Shown piece after piece: positions 35,751-52,400 of a stretch of 64,000 bases of DNA. Made by a program: the position numbers and the translations under genes. The notes below the pieces were generated by a model, which saw only the letters and a list, made by a program, of their open reading frames with translations, was not told the DNA's origin and searched no databases. The stretch is from Dimorphilus gyrociliatus. Lineage: Eukaryota; Animalia; Annelida. Every line of letters starts with the position of its first letter. Within the stretch, counting starts at the first letter, position 1. The DNA lies in NCBI GenBank assembly GCA_904063045.1, contig CAJFCJ010000009.1:1158942-1222941 (forward strand), written 5' to 3'.

Positions 35751-38700
35751 ATGGCATCTATTTTGGATGGAAAAGTTATTTCGGCGTGAGTTTACATTCT
35801 TCCCTTGTATAGTATATATGCAATATAACGAATTTATAACTTCCTATTCAATTGGATCAAAATATTGAATTGTCTTACTCCTTTAAGCCATTTGTCCTGC
35901 TAACCTAATTCTGATAAATTTATTCCAGTGAGATCCGTAAGGATATTACCCAGATAATAGAAACACATCGAAAAGATGTTCCTAACTTTACACCAGGATT
36001 GGCTATTGTACAGGTAATAAATAATAATAATGATAAATTATTCTAAAAATATTAATTCTACAATATGTTATATAAGGTCGGCAATAGAGAAGATTCTAAT
36101 GTATACATTCGAATGAAGGAGAGAGCTGCAAAAGAATGTAATATTGAATTTAACCTGATAAAATTAGACCGAACGATAACGGAACAGCAAGTTAATAAAA
36201 ATATTTTAAAAAATATTGCATGTTTTATTCATATAATCGTTAAGATGTTTTGTACTTAAAACAGCTTGAAAACGTAATTAGTACCCTAAATAATGACGAA
36301 AAAATCAACGGAATAATTGTTCAAGTAAGAAGTTTGTTTATCTTTCTGTTTTGATATCAACGTCATCATCTTATACATGTATATATAACAGTTACCTTTG
36401 GATTGTGAACACGAGATAAATAGCGAGTTTATTTTGAATAGAATCGACCCTCGGAAGGATGTTGATGGCCTTCATACATTAAATGCTGGTAAACTTGCTA
36501 GAGGCGATATTGAAAACTGTGTTGTCCCATGTACACCTAGGGGTTCCTTGGAACTTATATTAAAAACTGGAATAGAGTTAAAAGGGAAAAAAGCAGTTGT
36601 TTTAGGCAGAAGTAGAATTGTTGGTGGTCCTATGTCAGCTCTTCTCACTTGGAATCATTGTACGGTTACAACATGTCATTCGAGAACACAAAATCTAGAG
36701 GAATGCGTTAAAGATGCTGATATTCTTGTTGTAGCCATTGGTAGGCCTGAAATGGTAAAAGGAGAATGGGTCAAAGAAGGTTCAATTGTTATTGACTGCG
36801 GCATTAATTCAATCCCAGGTTATTTGTACTAAAAGAACTTAAACAATGAGTTAACTTTTCTGATTATGCTATCAGATTCTACAAAGAAATCAGGTCAGAG
36901 ATTAGTTGGCGATGTCGAATTTCAAGCGGCAAGCAAAAGAGCTGCCTGGATAACACCTGTTCCTGGAGGGGTTGGCCCAATGACTGTCGCAATGCTTTTA
37001 AAAAATACACTTGATGCTGCTCTTAGAAACTTTCACGAGTCTAAGCAACTATCCAATTGGAATTTGAGAATTCTTCCATTGACACTAAAAGATCCTGTTC
37101 CATCAGACATTGCAATTGCTCAAGCTCAAACTCCTAAAGACATCGCAACGTTAGCTTCGGAGATCAACTTGAAATCGTCTGAGGTTGATTTATATGGAAA
37201 GAAAAAAGCCAAGGTTTCCGTTAAGGTCCTAAATCGGTTAAAGGATTGCGATAGTGGAAAATATGTTGTAGTTTGCGGGTAAATTTAATCCTTATATAAA
37301 TCTATATGAAGTGCCTAATAAATCTCCTTCAGAATAACGCCAACACCGTTGGGTGAAGGTAAAAGTACAACCACAATTGGTCTTGCTCAAGCTTTAGGAG
37401 CTCATAGTAAAAAGAATGTTTTTGCCTGCGTTCGACAACCATCGCAAGGACCTACATTTGGTATTAAAGGTGGAGCAGCTGGTGGTGGTTATTCGCAAGT
37501 TATTCCCATGGAAGAATTTAATTTACACTTAACTGGTGATATTCATGCAATAACTGCAGCAAATAACCTTCTGGCTGCCGCAATTGATGCTAGAATTTTT
37601 CACGAAGCCACTCAAACTAATGAACAGCTCTTTAAAAGACTTGTACCTGAAAAGAAAGGCGCTCGAAAATTTTCCGATATCCAACTAAAACGGTTAAAGG
37701 TGGATAAAATTTTTTCAATTAAATATTTCCCCTATATTTTTAATGATATTAATATAAACCACATTTTAAAATTTCTATTATTAGAAACTTGGGATTGAAA
37801 AAACTGATGGTAATGATTTAACATCGGAAGAGATAGCACGATTTGTAAGATTAGATATCGATATTGAGACAATTACATGGCAGAGAGGTTTGTTTTGTCT
37901 TTCATAAATAGAGGCTTAAATTTCATTATTGCCAGCGATAATGTTTTACATTTTTCTCAACAGTTATCGATACAAATGACAGATTTCTTAGAAAAATTAC
38001 TGTTGGACAATCAGATACTGAGAAGGGGAAGACAAGAACTTGTCAGTTTGATATCACTGTTGCGAGTGAAATAATGGCTGTACTTGCTTTGAGTACAAGT
38101 TTAGCTGATATGAGAGAAAGGCTTGGACGCATGGTTATAGCCAGTAATACGGCCGGTGAACCAATTACTGCCGAGGATCTAGTTAGTTAAGATAATTCTT
38201 TTAATATAGGATATTTTAGAAATAATTATTTTAAAAACAGGGAGTGAGCGGTGCATTAGCTGTTTTAATGAAGGACGCAATCAATCCAAATCTAATGCAA
38301 ACTTTAGAAGGTACTCCAGTCTTTGTTCATGCTGGTCCATTTGCTAATATTGCTCATGGAAATTCATCAATTCTTGCTGATCAAATTGCTCTGAAAATTG
38401 TTGGCAAAGATGGATTTGTTGGTATGTTCTTTTTGTTTTTCATTAATAAAAGTAGAAATTGTATTTTTTAAACGACCCTTTCAAATAGTAACTGAGAGTG
38501 GATTCGGAGCCGATATTGGAATGGAAAAATTTATGAATATTAAATGCAGATACTCTGGCTTAAAACCAAACGCAGCTGTACTTGTAGCGACTGTCAGAGC
38601 GTTGAAAATGCACGGTGGAGGTCCCACTGTTGTACCAGGAGTACCATTACCAAATGAATATACAGCTGAAGTATTTAATGTTTTAAACACTTTCATTCTC

Positions 38701-39616
38701 AAATATCTTATATACTGAATCTTGTGCAGAATATAGATTTAGTAACCAAAGGTTTCTCAAATTTGAGGAAACAAATCGAAAATGTTTCATTTTTTGGCGT
38801 CCCAGTAGTCGTTGCAATTAATTCCTTCTCGTAAGTATTTCAATACTGCTCCGTAAGGAAAAAAAACACTTTTATGTTTCATTTATAGCACCGATACTGA
38901 AAACGAATTAGAAACTGTTCAACGATTATGTAAAGAAGCAGGAGCATTTGACGCCGTAATTTGCCATCATTGGAGTAAAGGAGGAGCTGGTGCGGTCGGT
39001 TTAGCAGATGCGGTTGATAGAGCATGTTCATCTCCGTCAAATTTTGAATTTCTCTACGATTTAAATGTATAACTTATTTTTTGAATGTTTTCATTTTATT
39101 GACATCAAATTTGTCTTTCTGTTTGTTCAAACAGCTGCCTTTAGAGGACAAAATTGGGATTATTGCTAAGAAAATATACGGAGCAGATGGGGTTACATTT
39201 AGTGAAATGGCAACTGAACGTTTAAACAGATACAAGAAGCAGGTAACTCGGCACACTTTAGTCTTATATTTGTGTTTACAATATTTCAAAACAGGGTTTT
39301 AATAATCTACCGATTTGCATGGCCAAAACTCATTTATCCCTTTCCGATAACCCACAATTAAAAGGATCACCAAAAGGTTTTACACTTCCAATATCAGATG
39401 TTAGAGCAAGTGTTGGAGCTGGTTTTATATATCCATTAGTAGGAAAGGTAAGATCTCTCCTTATTCTCTCAAAGAAAACATACTTCTTTAAGATTATTTC
39501 ATATCTTGATATTTTGCTTTTATCAGATGAGTACTATGCCTGGACTACCAACAAGACCTTGTTTCTATGACATCGACATTGACTTGGAAACGGAAGACAT
39601 TAAAGGACTATTTTGA
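35751..39616 (+). CDS. MTHFD1: Trifunctional C1-tetrahydrofolate synthase (cytosolic type)
   Basis: [73 protein letters not shown] and [11 protein letters not shown]; ends [14 protein letters not shown]...IKGLF. No mitochondrial presequence is evident. Confidence 0.97.
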
Positions 39617-39854
39617 ATATAGTAATTAAATAATTATTTCAAAAATAGCAATTTCTTCAGATTTTATGTGTATATAGTATGTAGACATATACATACTGTA
39701 TATCTATAGCATTGTATATGCAAAATACATTTGATATAATGTAAGAGTACATATAACATATATTTACATAAATTGCATATAAATATATATCTATGTATAC
39801 ACTTGTATAATTACATACTAAGATACGTGTGCCAGTTGTTCATGTTTGTCACAT

Positions 39855-41139
39855 CTAGTCATCAACAGATATATTCTGGAATAGATGGGACATGCTCTCT
39901 TGGTTGTGCATTCTTCGTATTGCCTCAGAAAGTAGTACAGATATATCAACAGTCTTGATCTTGTGGCACTGCATCTTTTGCATTTCGTGCGGAACGGTAT
40001 TTGTGACAACCACCTAATGGAAAAGTTGAGAAAATACATTTAGAATGAATAAAAACTATCGTAATTCTTACTTCATCGATAGGTGAATTTTCAATCAAAC
40101 GTGGTGCATCAGCTGACAAAAGACCATGAGTAGCCATCACGTAAATTTTATAAGCTCCTCTCTCTCTTAATAATTCGGCTGCAGCTACAAATACTTGAAC
40201 GTCGTCAATCATATCATCTACTAGAATAGCAATTCGACCTCCAACATCACCAACAACACTTATGGGAGGTTTTTCTTTTGCTTGTAACTTTGGCAAAAAT
40301 TCCATGTTGAAATTAGATATTCTCCTTTGTTCGACCTCTGGTAAAGGAGGTGAATTTCGACCATCATCTTTTTCCGATTCTGGAGATTTTTCTTCTCCAT
40401 GTATAACAGCGATAGTTAATCGAAGTCGTTCAGCGTATGAGGTAGCTCTCTTTACAGCACCAGGATTACGTGCTACAATGACAGCATTTCTGTAATCTGA
40501 AATGGATTCCCGAATATACTGAATGAGAAAAGGTGATGCTCTCAGATTGTCAACTGGGCAATCAAAAAATCCTTGAATTTCTTTTTGGTGCAGATCCATT
40601 GTAATAATCTGATTAAAGCCGGCACGGCTGATCAGAGATGCAACTAGTTTAGATACTATACAGCCGCGTTTTCTCATCTTTGACTGTTTGCAATATGGTA
40701 AATAGGGAATGACACCAACAATATTTCTAGCTGATGACGTTTTACACGCGTATGCCATTATTAACATTTCCATTATATCATTGTTAACATCTCTGAAAAA
40801 CAGATATTTTTCTAAGATACACAACAAGTACTGTACTTTGGTGTATTTTAATACTTTGTAGTGCCAGTTTGAATGATAAAAATGTCCTTGCCACGTACTG
40901 ATTCGCTTATTTCCAAAGCCGTTTCTCTATTTGACTTGTGGAATACGGTTGCTTGGCACAGTCTAGTACCTAGTTTCCTATCAAAATTAAAGAAAATACG
41001 TTGTACGTTATTAACATGTTTCAGGTTACTTATTATGTCGAAGCCCTTACTTTGCAATCTCAGCAGCCAGCTCCCTGTGAGAATTCCCTGCCATTAACAT
41101 CATTGGAGGCCTTGCCGATCTATTAGGAAGGTGAGCCAT
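39855..41139 (-). CDS. PRPSAP: PRPP synthase-associated protein (non-catalytic)
   Basis: [43 protein letters not shown], the PRPSAP-specific insertion [12 protein letters not shown], and [15 protein letters not shown]. Confidence 0.95.
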
Positions 41140-41239
41140 TTTTTTCAAATTGGTTTGTTCCTTACAAAAACAGTCGTTCTGCAATTGTCAGAGATCCCAT
41201 GTCAGAAATACGCACAGGAAACTATACTGATTGACCCTA

Positions 41240-41253
41240 TCGCCATCTAGCGG
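41240..41253 (-). promoter_or_regulatory. CTCF-like motif CCGCTAGATGGCGA in the PRPSAP/PECR divergent promoter
   Basis: Close match to the CTCF consensus CCACYAGRKGGCRS. Confidence 0.6.
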
Positions 41254-41354
41254 GTAGAGCATACATAAGCCTTATACATATAATTAGTTTTTGTTAGATT
41301 TTTAGAGGATACAGAGGGCAATAGTCTACAACCATAATAACATAGACAGATACA

Positions 41355-42639
<1,285 letters not shown>

Positions 42640-42761
42640 TTCAAGATTACAGAGACAGAATACTGTTATGCAATTTTTTGTAATCTAACTCAATATTTTA
42701 TCAATTGGAAAGATTTTTAAAACATACATATACAGTATATGATGATAGGCTGTTGAGCTTA

Positions 42762-43781
42762 TCAATAGCCTAATTCTTCTAACAGCGTTCTCGGCATGTA
42801 AAGTAGAAGATCCCTATCATCTTCCATTGTTCGTTTTGCGGCTTCAGCTTCAAAATTACTGAAAATAACTTCTTCGTATTTGAGTAGGGCATCAAAATAG
42901 ATTTTCAGTGGTTGTGCTTTAGGATGAAAAGTCTTTAGAAAATCCCAAGCTTCCTTCAGAGATAGCATTTTATCTTGCATCATAAAACCGAGACAAAACG
43001 CTGCTGATGAACTCATGCCCTTTTCTGAATAGATCAAAACTTTACCTCCAAAGCTTTTATGTCTATTTATAAAATTAGTTACATCTTCAAAAAATGGAAA
43101 AATATCAGTCCGTTCATCTTCAGTCATATTTATGTGAATCGTATCCTTCCCTATCTCTCTTAAGTAAAATCCAGACGTTTCCGTACAGTTTACCGAACCT
43201 GATATGTGAAGGTCTTTAAGAATAAATGGTAAAGCTGCTTGTTTAGAATCACCTTTTCGTTAAAATTTTCAATCTTGGTAAAATATGAATAAAAGTACCA
43301 AATATATTAACAAACCAATATAGAGAAATTCCGGTATTATTTCAATGGGATAGGTAAGAAATTGATCAAGTTCTCTTGGGTTCCATATCATTTTTTGTGT
43401 TTTCATAAATGGGTACAGTCTTGAAAAGAGTTCAAAACCTCCTTTCAAAACTTTAACCGTATTTCTGCTTCCAGAATCCCAAACTTTTAAACTACAAGAA
43501 TTTGCATAACAACAATCTTTGAATGAATTAGCGTTATTATCATAAACAACAACATTTTGTTTATAAGGCAAGCGATATTCCTCTGGAATAACAAATTCAA
43601 AATATTTGTTCATTTTGCAATGTTTAGCTAAAACAATATGATCTTCTTTGTACGATAGGTATTTTCTGGAATCCAATATTAACAGAAAATTGTCATCGCT
43701 AACTAAAGGATATTGATCATTTCTGTTTATAAGATTGAATAGTTCATGGGGCAGGATAAATTCCACTGGCTTTTTCATCAT
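42762..43781 (-). CDS. STYXL1: MK-STYX pseudophosphatase (rhodanese/CH2 domain plus inactive DSP domain)
   Basis: ELFNLIN...LLILDSR, VKVLKGGFELFSRLYPFM, YPIEIIPEFLYIG, and the degenerate signature LIYSEKGMSSSAA where HCxxGxxR is expected. Confidence 0.9.
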
Positions 43782-43992
43782 TTAAATTATCTACTTTACT
43801 GCCTATGTTCAGTTGTTGAATGTGTACCTATTTACAAAGTCTTGTTCTTAATATGACATTGGAATTATTGTGGTTTGAAAGATGTTTGAGAAGATTAAAT
43901 GAATCCTACAAGCAAGGGAAAAGAAGTAAACACAAATAGTTCGATTTCAAAAAGTATTTCTCTCATCATCAAATGTATTTTATAATTTGAAT

Positions 43993-44757
43993 TTAACGGT
44001 TGGCTGGAGCTCCAGTTTGACCTGGTCTGTTACCACCAGCATTATCCATTCTCATTCCTGGTCTGAATCTTGGAGGAGGAGTACGATCCTTCCTGGCTTC
44101 TCTAGACCTATTTCTAACAACTTTGCTGTGGATAGCGCACGATACACAGTAATGCATCTTACAATAGAGTTTAGGGAGAGCGTAGGCTGAAGAAAAAAGA
44201 TCATAGTATATTGCATTTGAAATACGTGGTACAAAAAGAAAAGGTAATGTTATATTGCTATCTAGTAATAATACTTTTAATTAATACCCTTGTGTGTGTG
44301 TCGTATCGATTATGTATTAATATTATCGTGACGATATCACTTAATGAAATAACTTACTTTCATAAACGCTAGCCTCGGTAACATCTCTTACTGCGGCAGC
44401 TTCAACGATATTACGGATAACGAACTTTTTGATCGCCTTATCCTTGGGAACGCATCGGGCACAGTTGGTACATCTAACGTGCTTGACATGTCCACGTCCC
44501 TTTTTAGACCTTCCAGCGTTTCTGCGCTTAAACGGCTGAAATAAAAATAATATAAGTCACGAAATAAAAAATCGCCTTGAATTTTTGGACTCCTTTGACA
44601 TTTTACATTAAATTGATAATGGACTCTTTATTTTTCAATTTGATATTACTTGTGGTGTTCTTAATAAAGATTTCGTAAATAAATAATAATTAATTAATTC
44701 ACGTTCAGTCTACAATACATGGAAACACATGTAAAACATGCTAAAAGTACCAACCAT
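43993..44757 (-). CDS. RPS26: 40S ribosomal protein S26 (eS26), copy 1
   Basis: ATG|gt at 44757-44755, exon 44535-44358 ([38 protein letters not shown]...), and exon 44186-43993 ([40 protein letters not shown]...). Confidence 0.97.
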
Positions 44758-44770
44758 GTTGGAGATTTTC

Positions 44771-44849
44771 GCAAAAAGAAAGTGTGTCTAAAATTTTTTT
44801 TAGATATCGGGATATCCCGAAGAGAATTTTAGACGCACTTCCTTTTCGC
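44771..44849. promoter_or_regulatory. Palindromic bidirectional promoter of the RPS26 pair with a pyrimidine (TOP-like) tract on each strand
   Basis: Inverted arms 44781-44795 and 44825-44839 match 14/15. A perfect 14-bp palindrome TCGGGATATCCCGA lies at 44807-44820. CTTCCTTTT (+) and CTTTCTTTTT (-) precede the two ATGs. Confidence 0.75.
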
Positions 44850-44863
44850 AGAAAAACTTAAAC

Positions 44864-45614
<751 letters not shown>

Positions 45615-46413
45615 TTTTTGCATATTAAAGAATACATTTGATGAACGGAAATTGTTTTTATTTTTATTATAGGTTCTTTGATATATTAGATATCTCACTA
45701 AGTAGTGCAAAGGCTTTACAAGATTCGACAAAAATTAGAGTAGTATTTGAAGATTTAGTTTACAAGTATTGTATAATCCCGATTATAACCAGTTTATGGA
45801 TAAAAAATATATACGAAATGAGTTTATGACAATAAATATACGATATGTTAAATTAAATACAAAAGGAAGGTTACAGATATTACGAATGTTCTATTTAGAA
45901 ATGACTGAAACTAAATGGCAAAAAAAGGGAATTGTCAAAATACAAAACATTTCTGTCAGTAGTTTGTGACTGGAATAGTGATAAATATAAAAAAAGGAAT
46001 TTAATTATCTAAATCATTAACTCTCTGACGCCAGTTGATTGAAAACTATTTTTCATTTATTTTCTTCGAATATTCCATACATATACAGAGTAATATATGT
46101 ATATAAGCATGTATATTTATGAAATTTATTATATATACTTTATAGTCAATATATTCGAACATATGTAACATGAAATAGAAAAGTATTCCACTTTTTAGTA
46201 TTATCTTTTATTTATTCAATTGTTAAATTCGACATTCAAATTATTAATAATTTGTAATCGTGGGAACAATTCATTAACGTATTGCCATTACAATTGACGA
46301 GATCACAATGTTGACATTAAAAAAAATTTCTTTTTCTCAATACTCACAATGCAAATATTCGGAGACAAGCACCACGAATGATATGAGATTTGGATGAGGT
46401 AATTAATTGTTAA

Positions 46414-49400
46414 TCATACAGAGACATCATTAGAAACTGCCTTAGGTTTCTTCTGTTTTTTGTTATTTGATTCTGATTCTTTCAGTCTGGAAGAACATTT
46501 ATGTTTTATAGTATTCGTTAAAAAGTGTAATTGGGAACATAACAAAAAAATATAAGTAAAATATTAGTACCTTTTTGCTGCACTTCCGCAACTATTCGGA
46601 CCCAGTGTTACCAAGCAACTGGCTAATGCTAATCCACTTTGCATGTATGGAGGATAGTCACTATCGCCTGTAGGCAATCTCATAAAAACTGTCACTATAC
46701 CAGACTTATGACTAGCCATTGGTTCAAGTGAAATTAGCGGAGACTTTTTCCTTCTAGTGTGCTAAGGGAAGAATTTTTCAAAACGCTTATTACAAATATT
46801 AATGTCAATAGTAAGCAAACATAAAAGAAACAATTAGCTTTATTAAATTAACATACTCGTTTCTTCTTTGTAAGTTTTACTTGCTCAGTATCGACCACTG
46901 CTGGCTGGATAACTTTAACTGGATTGGAAGTAAGATCTAAAAGACATTTCGCAAATGGTCGGCTGGCCATTTGCCTTAGCTCAATTCTAGCTCTCTGAAA
47001 GAGTAAAATAAAACCATATAGTTCATGTATATTTTATACTGTAATAAATTTCCATTATCGAGTAAAAATTCTACCTGGCGCCGTCTATATATGTCATATC
47101 TCTGCTTTATTTTCCAGAATACGGCAGCCACTAGCAGTAGAGAGATAAAACAACTGAAAATGACATTTATCGTTATTATTAACAATACTTTAACAAAGAT
47201 AAACAAAGGAACATTCGAAAAGCTCAAAAAGGAAGCAAATAAGCAAAAACAAATGAAAAATAATATAATAAGAGAACTTATAAAAAATTGTTTATTCTTT
47301 GTTCAGCTTAAATTATTCATACTTCAATAAATGATAACTTTCATAATTTAATATGCTTCTAACTGTGTTCCTTACTTATAAACCGCTATTTCACAAAGTG
47401 ATGCTTCTAAGGGATCTATTAAAAACCATATCTTGTTACTATAATTTTTTAAGCTAGAAACCTCATCAAAAACAGCTATAGAGAAACTTCAGATGCTGTT
47501 TTTATAAAAGACATATATATATATATATATACTAAATATGTACAGTATTTATAAATTTAATAAAGAGTTCTGCTAACGAGAACATAGAGTTTTCTCTTTC
47601 CTTTCTATGCGTCTTTCTTTTTATGTTACTCCTCAAAAAAAAAACTAACTCTACTCTTTTCATCAGTAACGTATGCAAGTAAAAAAAAACGGAGATGATA
47701 GATTCTTTTATCAATCAAATACACTAAAAAGAAAACAAAGTTAATCACGCTACACAGTAGAAATAATTAAAAAAGAAAAAGAAGAAATTAATTAAAGTTT
47801 TCATTATTATTAAATAACAGTACTATAAATTGAAAGGTAAAAATCGAAATCCAAGTGATTTTAAGATAATAATAAAATAATAGCAATGATAAAAAAAACA
47901 CAAAGAGTGTACTTTTTCTAAGCGTGCTGTGAGAAAAACAACAAATAGAGACTAGAAAAGAAATACTATAGAAAACTAGATATTTTTCGAAGTATGTAAG
48001 TACAATTTTTATAATGATGAGTTTTATATATCACTGCTTGTTCAAGAGATATTGGATACGCTTGCAAAAAATTAATCAGTGCACTTGTCTCCAGCTATTT
48101 TTTACTGATATTTTTTTATTATTAATAAACTTCTTCCATTTTTAATTGTTTTTTTTTTGTTATATAAACTCTACTTATTGTAAATATGTCAAAAATTAAA
48201 TATTATATCAATAATAAACTTTTTTACTTATTTAACCATTAAAAAAGAACAAACAGCTAATATATTACTCAATATTATTATATATACAGTTTCATACAAA
48301 CCTAAAAAATGTTATAAAAAACTGTATTAAATCGATATGTGGTATTTGAGACACTGAGACCTGTTTGAATTTTACATATTTTGTAGAAGTAGAGAAAAAA
48401 GAATAATAATACAAGTAACTTTTAAAAATAATCTAAACTATTTTGTTACTTTAATAATTTTTGTTTTTATATAAAAAAAAAGAGGATAATATATATATTA
48501 TATATATATATAGAAAAGAGGGCAATTTAATAAAGTAAGCTACCTTTATAACTATTCGTGGAACTTTGAAATTTGATACGAAGATATATAGAGTTGTATT
48601 ATATTTCGGACCAATTCTATATTTTTTATAATCAATCTGAAGAAAAAAAAAGAAACAAATGAATAAATTAAGAAAGTAATTAAAATAAATCTCTCTCTTT
48701 CAACCTTATGCCTTATATAATCGCATTCTTGTTGATGTATTATAGTATCTCTAGGATAAGGACCGGGTCCAACGTCTATGTTGATAAAAAGAATTCATAA
48801 AGCATAACAGATATTTTAATGACTAGCTAATATTATATGGTGAGAGAAAAATGATAATTACTCCACGAAATATAAGCTTCTACCATTGGAGTTGGTGAAC
48901 CACTCTCATTATTGTTATGGCAAGATATTGAAATGTCAGCATCTTTGTCATTCTTAAAATTTGCAAATTTAAAAAAAAACACAATATTAATAAATTATAA
49001 ATATGATAGTCCATATTGATAACAAACTCTTATAGGTCTATTCATAAAATTCCAATTTTTAATATGGCTGTCGGACGGTTCGTCCAAAGTAAATGTAAAT
49101 GCAAAATCAGTTGCCAACTCGTCTGGAAATAGAAAAAAATGAATAAACTAAATATCTTTATGGAACGCTTTATAAATGAATATTTAGAATTTAGATAAAC
49201 TTACAAAAACAAGTTCCATTTCCTGTTATGTTAACTCCACCAAAACCATTATCATAGTGACTCTCCCTATCGCACTCACTACACGTTTTCTTTATCATTC
49301 CTTTCGTGGAACAAGAGCATCTACCATCTTCATTGCACGACTCAGCACGGTTATTGCATTCGCATTCTATTCAAGGCACGTTTAATTAATTAGAAAATTT

Positions 49401-52400
49401 GATTAGACGTTTAGAAATTATTCGATAAAAGTCGATTTACTTTTGCACTTTTGTCCGTTAAATGGGAGACCATAGAAGCCTTTGCCACACTTTTCACATC
49501 GACGACCTTCCATAGGGTCATCGCATTCATCGCAATTACTTCCATCGTCACAACTCGCGTGACCATTACATTGGCAGTCTAATATTATTTATTTTTTAAA
49601 TAATTGTACACTTCAATTCTAATTAATAATAAAACATGACCGAAGAATCATTATCTTACCTGGACAGGAACTATAGAACCAATCACCTTGACATTGTTGA
49701 TTTTTTCCAAAGTTGCCTTCCATGCATTTACCCTTTTTTAAGAAACAAACACATATATATATATATTATATTTTGATCCAATATAAAACATACTTTTCCA
49801 GTGTTTGCTTTATTATTACACCAACCGCAATGCGGTTGAGTTTGACAAGAAGAACAATTCTGATAGTGGTTACAATTATACACTATAAAGAAAGGAGAGA
49901 AAACAGAATTTAAATCATGATTAATAAAGAAAACTTGTGTTTTTTTACTTACAAGGACATTTATTAACATTGCTGATCCATTCGAAACATTGACCATAAG
50001 GATAATTAGCAAGATAGGAATTGGCATATATACATCTATTAGAGTAGTTTCAATATTACTTACAGAAAACGTTAATTAAAATAAAAGATTAATCTTACTG
50101 TTTTAAATTAGAACACCACATGCAGTAAACTCCATTTACATGGCTTGTGCAATTACCGCAGGTTGTAAACTGAGAGCATACGCTGCATTCTTCTTTTTCT
50201 TTAATTGATTTCTGAGTATTTTCTTTTCAATGAAAAAAATAAAAAGAAGACACAATTTTTAATTATATTTTAGACAAGGAGAGAAAAATATATGATAATT
50301 ACTTATTAAACAACTTTTTTCTTTATTATTCTGAAATTTCCAAGTACATTTGTCCGATTCATGACAAGATTTACAACTTTGCAGAGAAGAGCAATAATGT
50401 TCAATATTGTTGGTAGGTGGCTTAACTTGGTGTATCTTATTTGTACAAGTCTTTCCATTCCAATAGCATTTCGGCAACTTATTTGAACAAGTCTGATAAT
50501 CATCCTCCATTGAGCAATGATCTTTAGTTGCTGAAAATAGTTGTTTTGCTTGAAAGTCCTAATAAAAATTTTTTTTTTATCAGTCTACCTGGTTGTTTGC
50601 ACTCGGAAATCTTTTCGCTTAGATTTTTCGTATCCTTAGCTAAATCTCTATGCCTGTAGCAAGTAATATAACTATATATTTCCTACAGAGGACAAAACAA
50701 TTTTTTTCTGTTACAAACCAGCAAATTCCATCCGCAAACACGCAATTACTACCCGTATTGGCATTAAAACATTCCGCTTTAGTTTTAAAATTTTTACACG
50801 TGCCAGGAGTGAATTCAATAAGATCATTTTTTAGTCTAGAGCCAAAACCTCCGAATATAAACATTTTACTATGGGAATAAAGAGCCTTCTAAATAAATAG
50901 TTTAATACTTTAATTAGGTTAATTACCTTTCGGTAGTGAAGGCTGTGTGTCCATATCTTGATATGTCATATTGTAGTTTTATTGGGTTCAGAACTGTCCA
51001 TTTCTCGCATTTTAATTTGTAAGAAATAAACGTGGAAGAATGACATTTAACTCCGGTCGAAGAAACGGTATCACTATGTATGTTTCCTCCAAAGATTAAC
51101 ATCTGATCATTGATAACAACTGCTGAGTGAAGGTAGCTTAATTTTCCAGAAGAAGGTAATTTAGTCCTAACAAATAAAAATAAACATTACGACATTTTAA
51201 TGCAAATTCATTAAATAAATCATACCAAGTGTGATTAAGAAGATTAAAGGAATATAGTTCATCAACTAATTTCGAATTTTTCACGTCTCTAGCAATTAGT
51301 CCACCATAAACGTAAACATTGTTTTCATATATTACACTGGAATGTCGATATCTTCCTAAAATCCGTGCTCCTCTAACTTGCAATCTTTCGCATGAAAAAT
51401 TTTCTAAAAATGGCAAAAGTAAATATACACAAACTGAATACAAAGAAAGGAATTGATATTAAAAAATGACGTAGTAATATTTACTTAAATTACATTCCTG
51501 GACCCAGTTGACGTATCCAAATTTTGGTGAAAATCCCAAAAATATATATAATTTCTCTCCAAATATATGTGAAGTATGCCCTTTAACGGCTAAAAATGGA
51601 TGAGAGGGATTAGACAATGCTTCCCATTTGGATTTTTTTATATCGAATTTCCAAACTTCATCTTTCGTTTCTTGGTTATAGCTACCGCCAGTCATATATA
51701 AATTATCCTAAAAAACATTGTTCTCTAATTATCGTAAATGTTAATTAATAATGGATATTTTATATCTCTTTACCGCAAAATAGGACACAGCATGATCATA
51801 TACAGATTTTGGTCTTGTATCAGACACTTTTATTTTCTGGGATGAATAGGTGTAGTCTAATGTCGTATTCTTTTTAAACCTATTGGGACAATAGAGTTTA
51901 ATTAGAAAAGAAAATAAATAAAACACAATTGATTTTTATAATCTCACTTAAAAATCTCCGTGTATTCTTCCTTTTGCCATGTTTCTCCACCAACAATATA
52001 AATATCGTCACTTTCAGTAGCAGTCGCGTGTGACGCTCTTCCAACAACGTCATCACCTTCGATCATAAATTTTCGCCAAGTTCCGTCTGAACTAGACTGA
52101 TTACACGCCTCGCCTGTTTGTAGCAAATAATTGAATAAGAAATTCTAACTGGAATAAATCCGCATATAAAAATAAAAGATAATATCAGTGGTGCACTTGA
52201 AACCACACAAATAAAATTAACACGAAAATATTACAAGCAGATCGCGAGCTGCGAGAAATTTATCACATGTAAATATAGATGGAAACAACATTTCTTTTAA
52301 TATTATTTTATAATGAAGTCAGATAACTGTTACAAACGAAATTCGATCTAATTACCTGCATATCCGTGGGGACATTTACAACCGTCTGGTCGACATTCGC

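Noticed and set aside
47159-48300. Long AT-rich attractin intron as a possible secreted-isoform exon
   Set aside because: The expected juxtamembrane exons (IDYKKY...VIK; VSVSQIPHIDLIQFFITFF) are found upstream, and I found no convincing alternative terminal exon inside.
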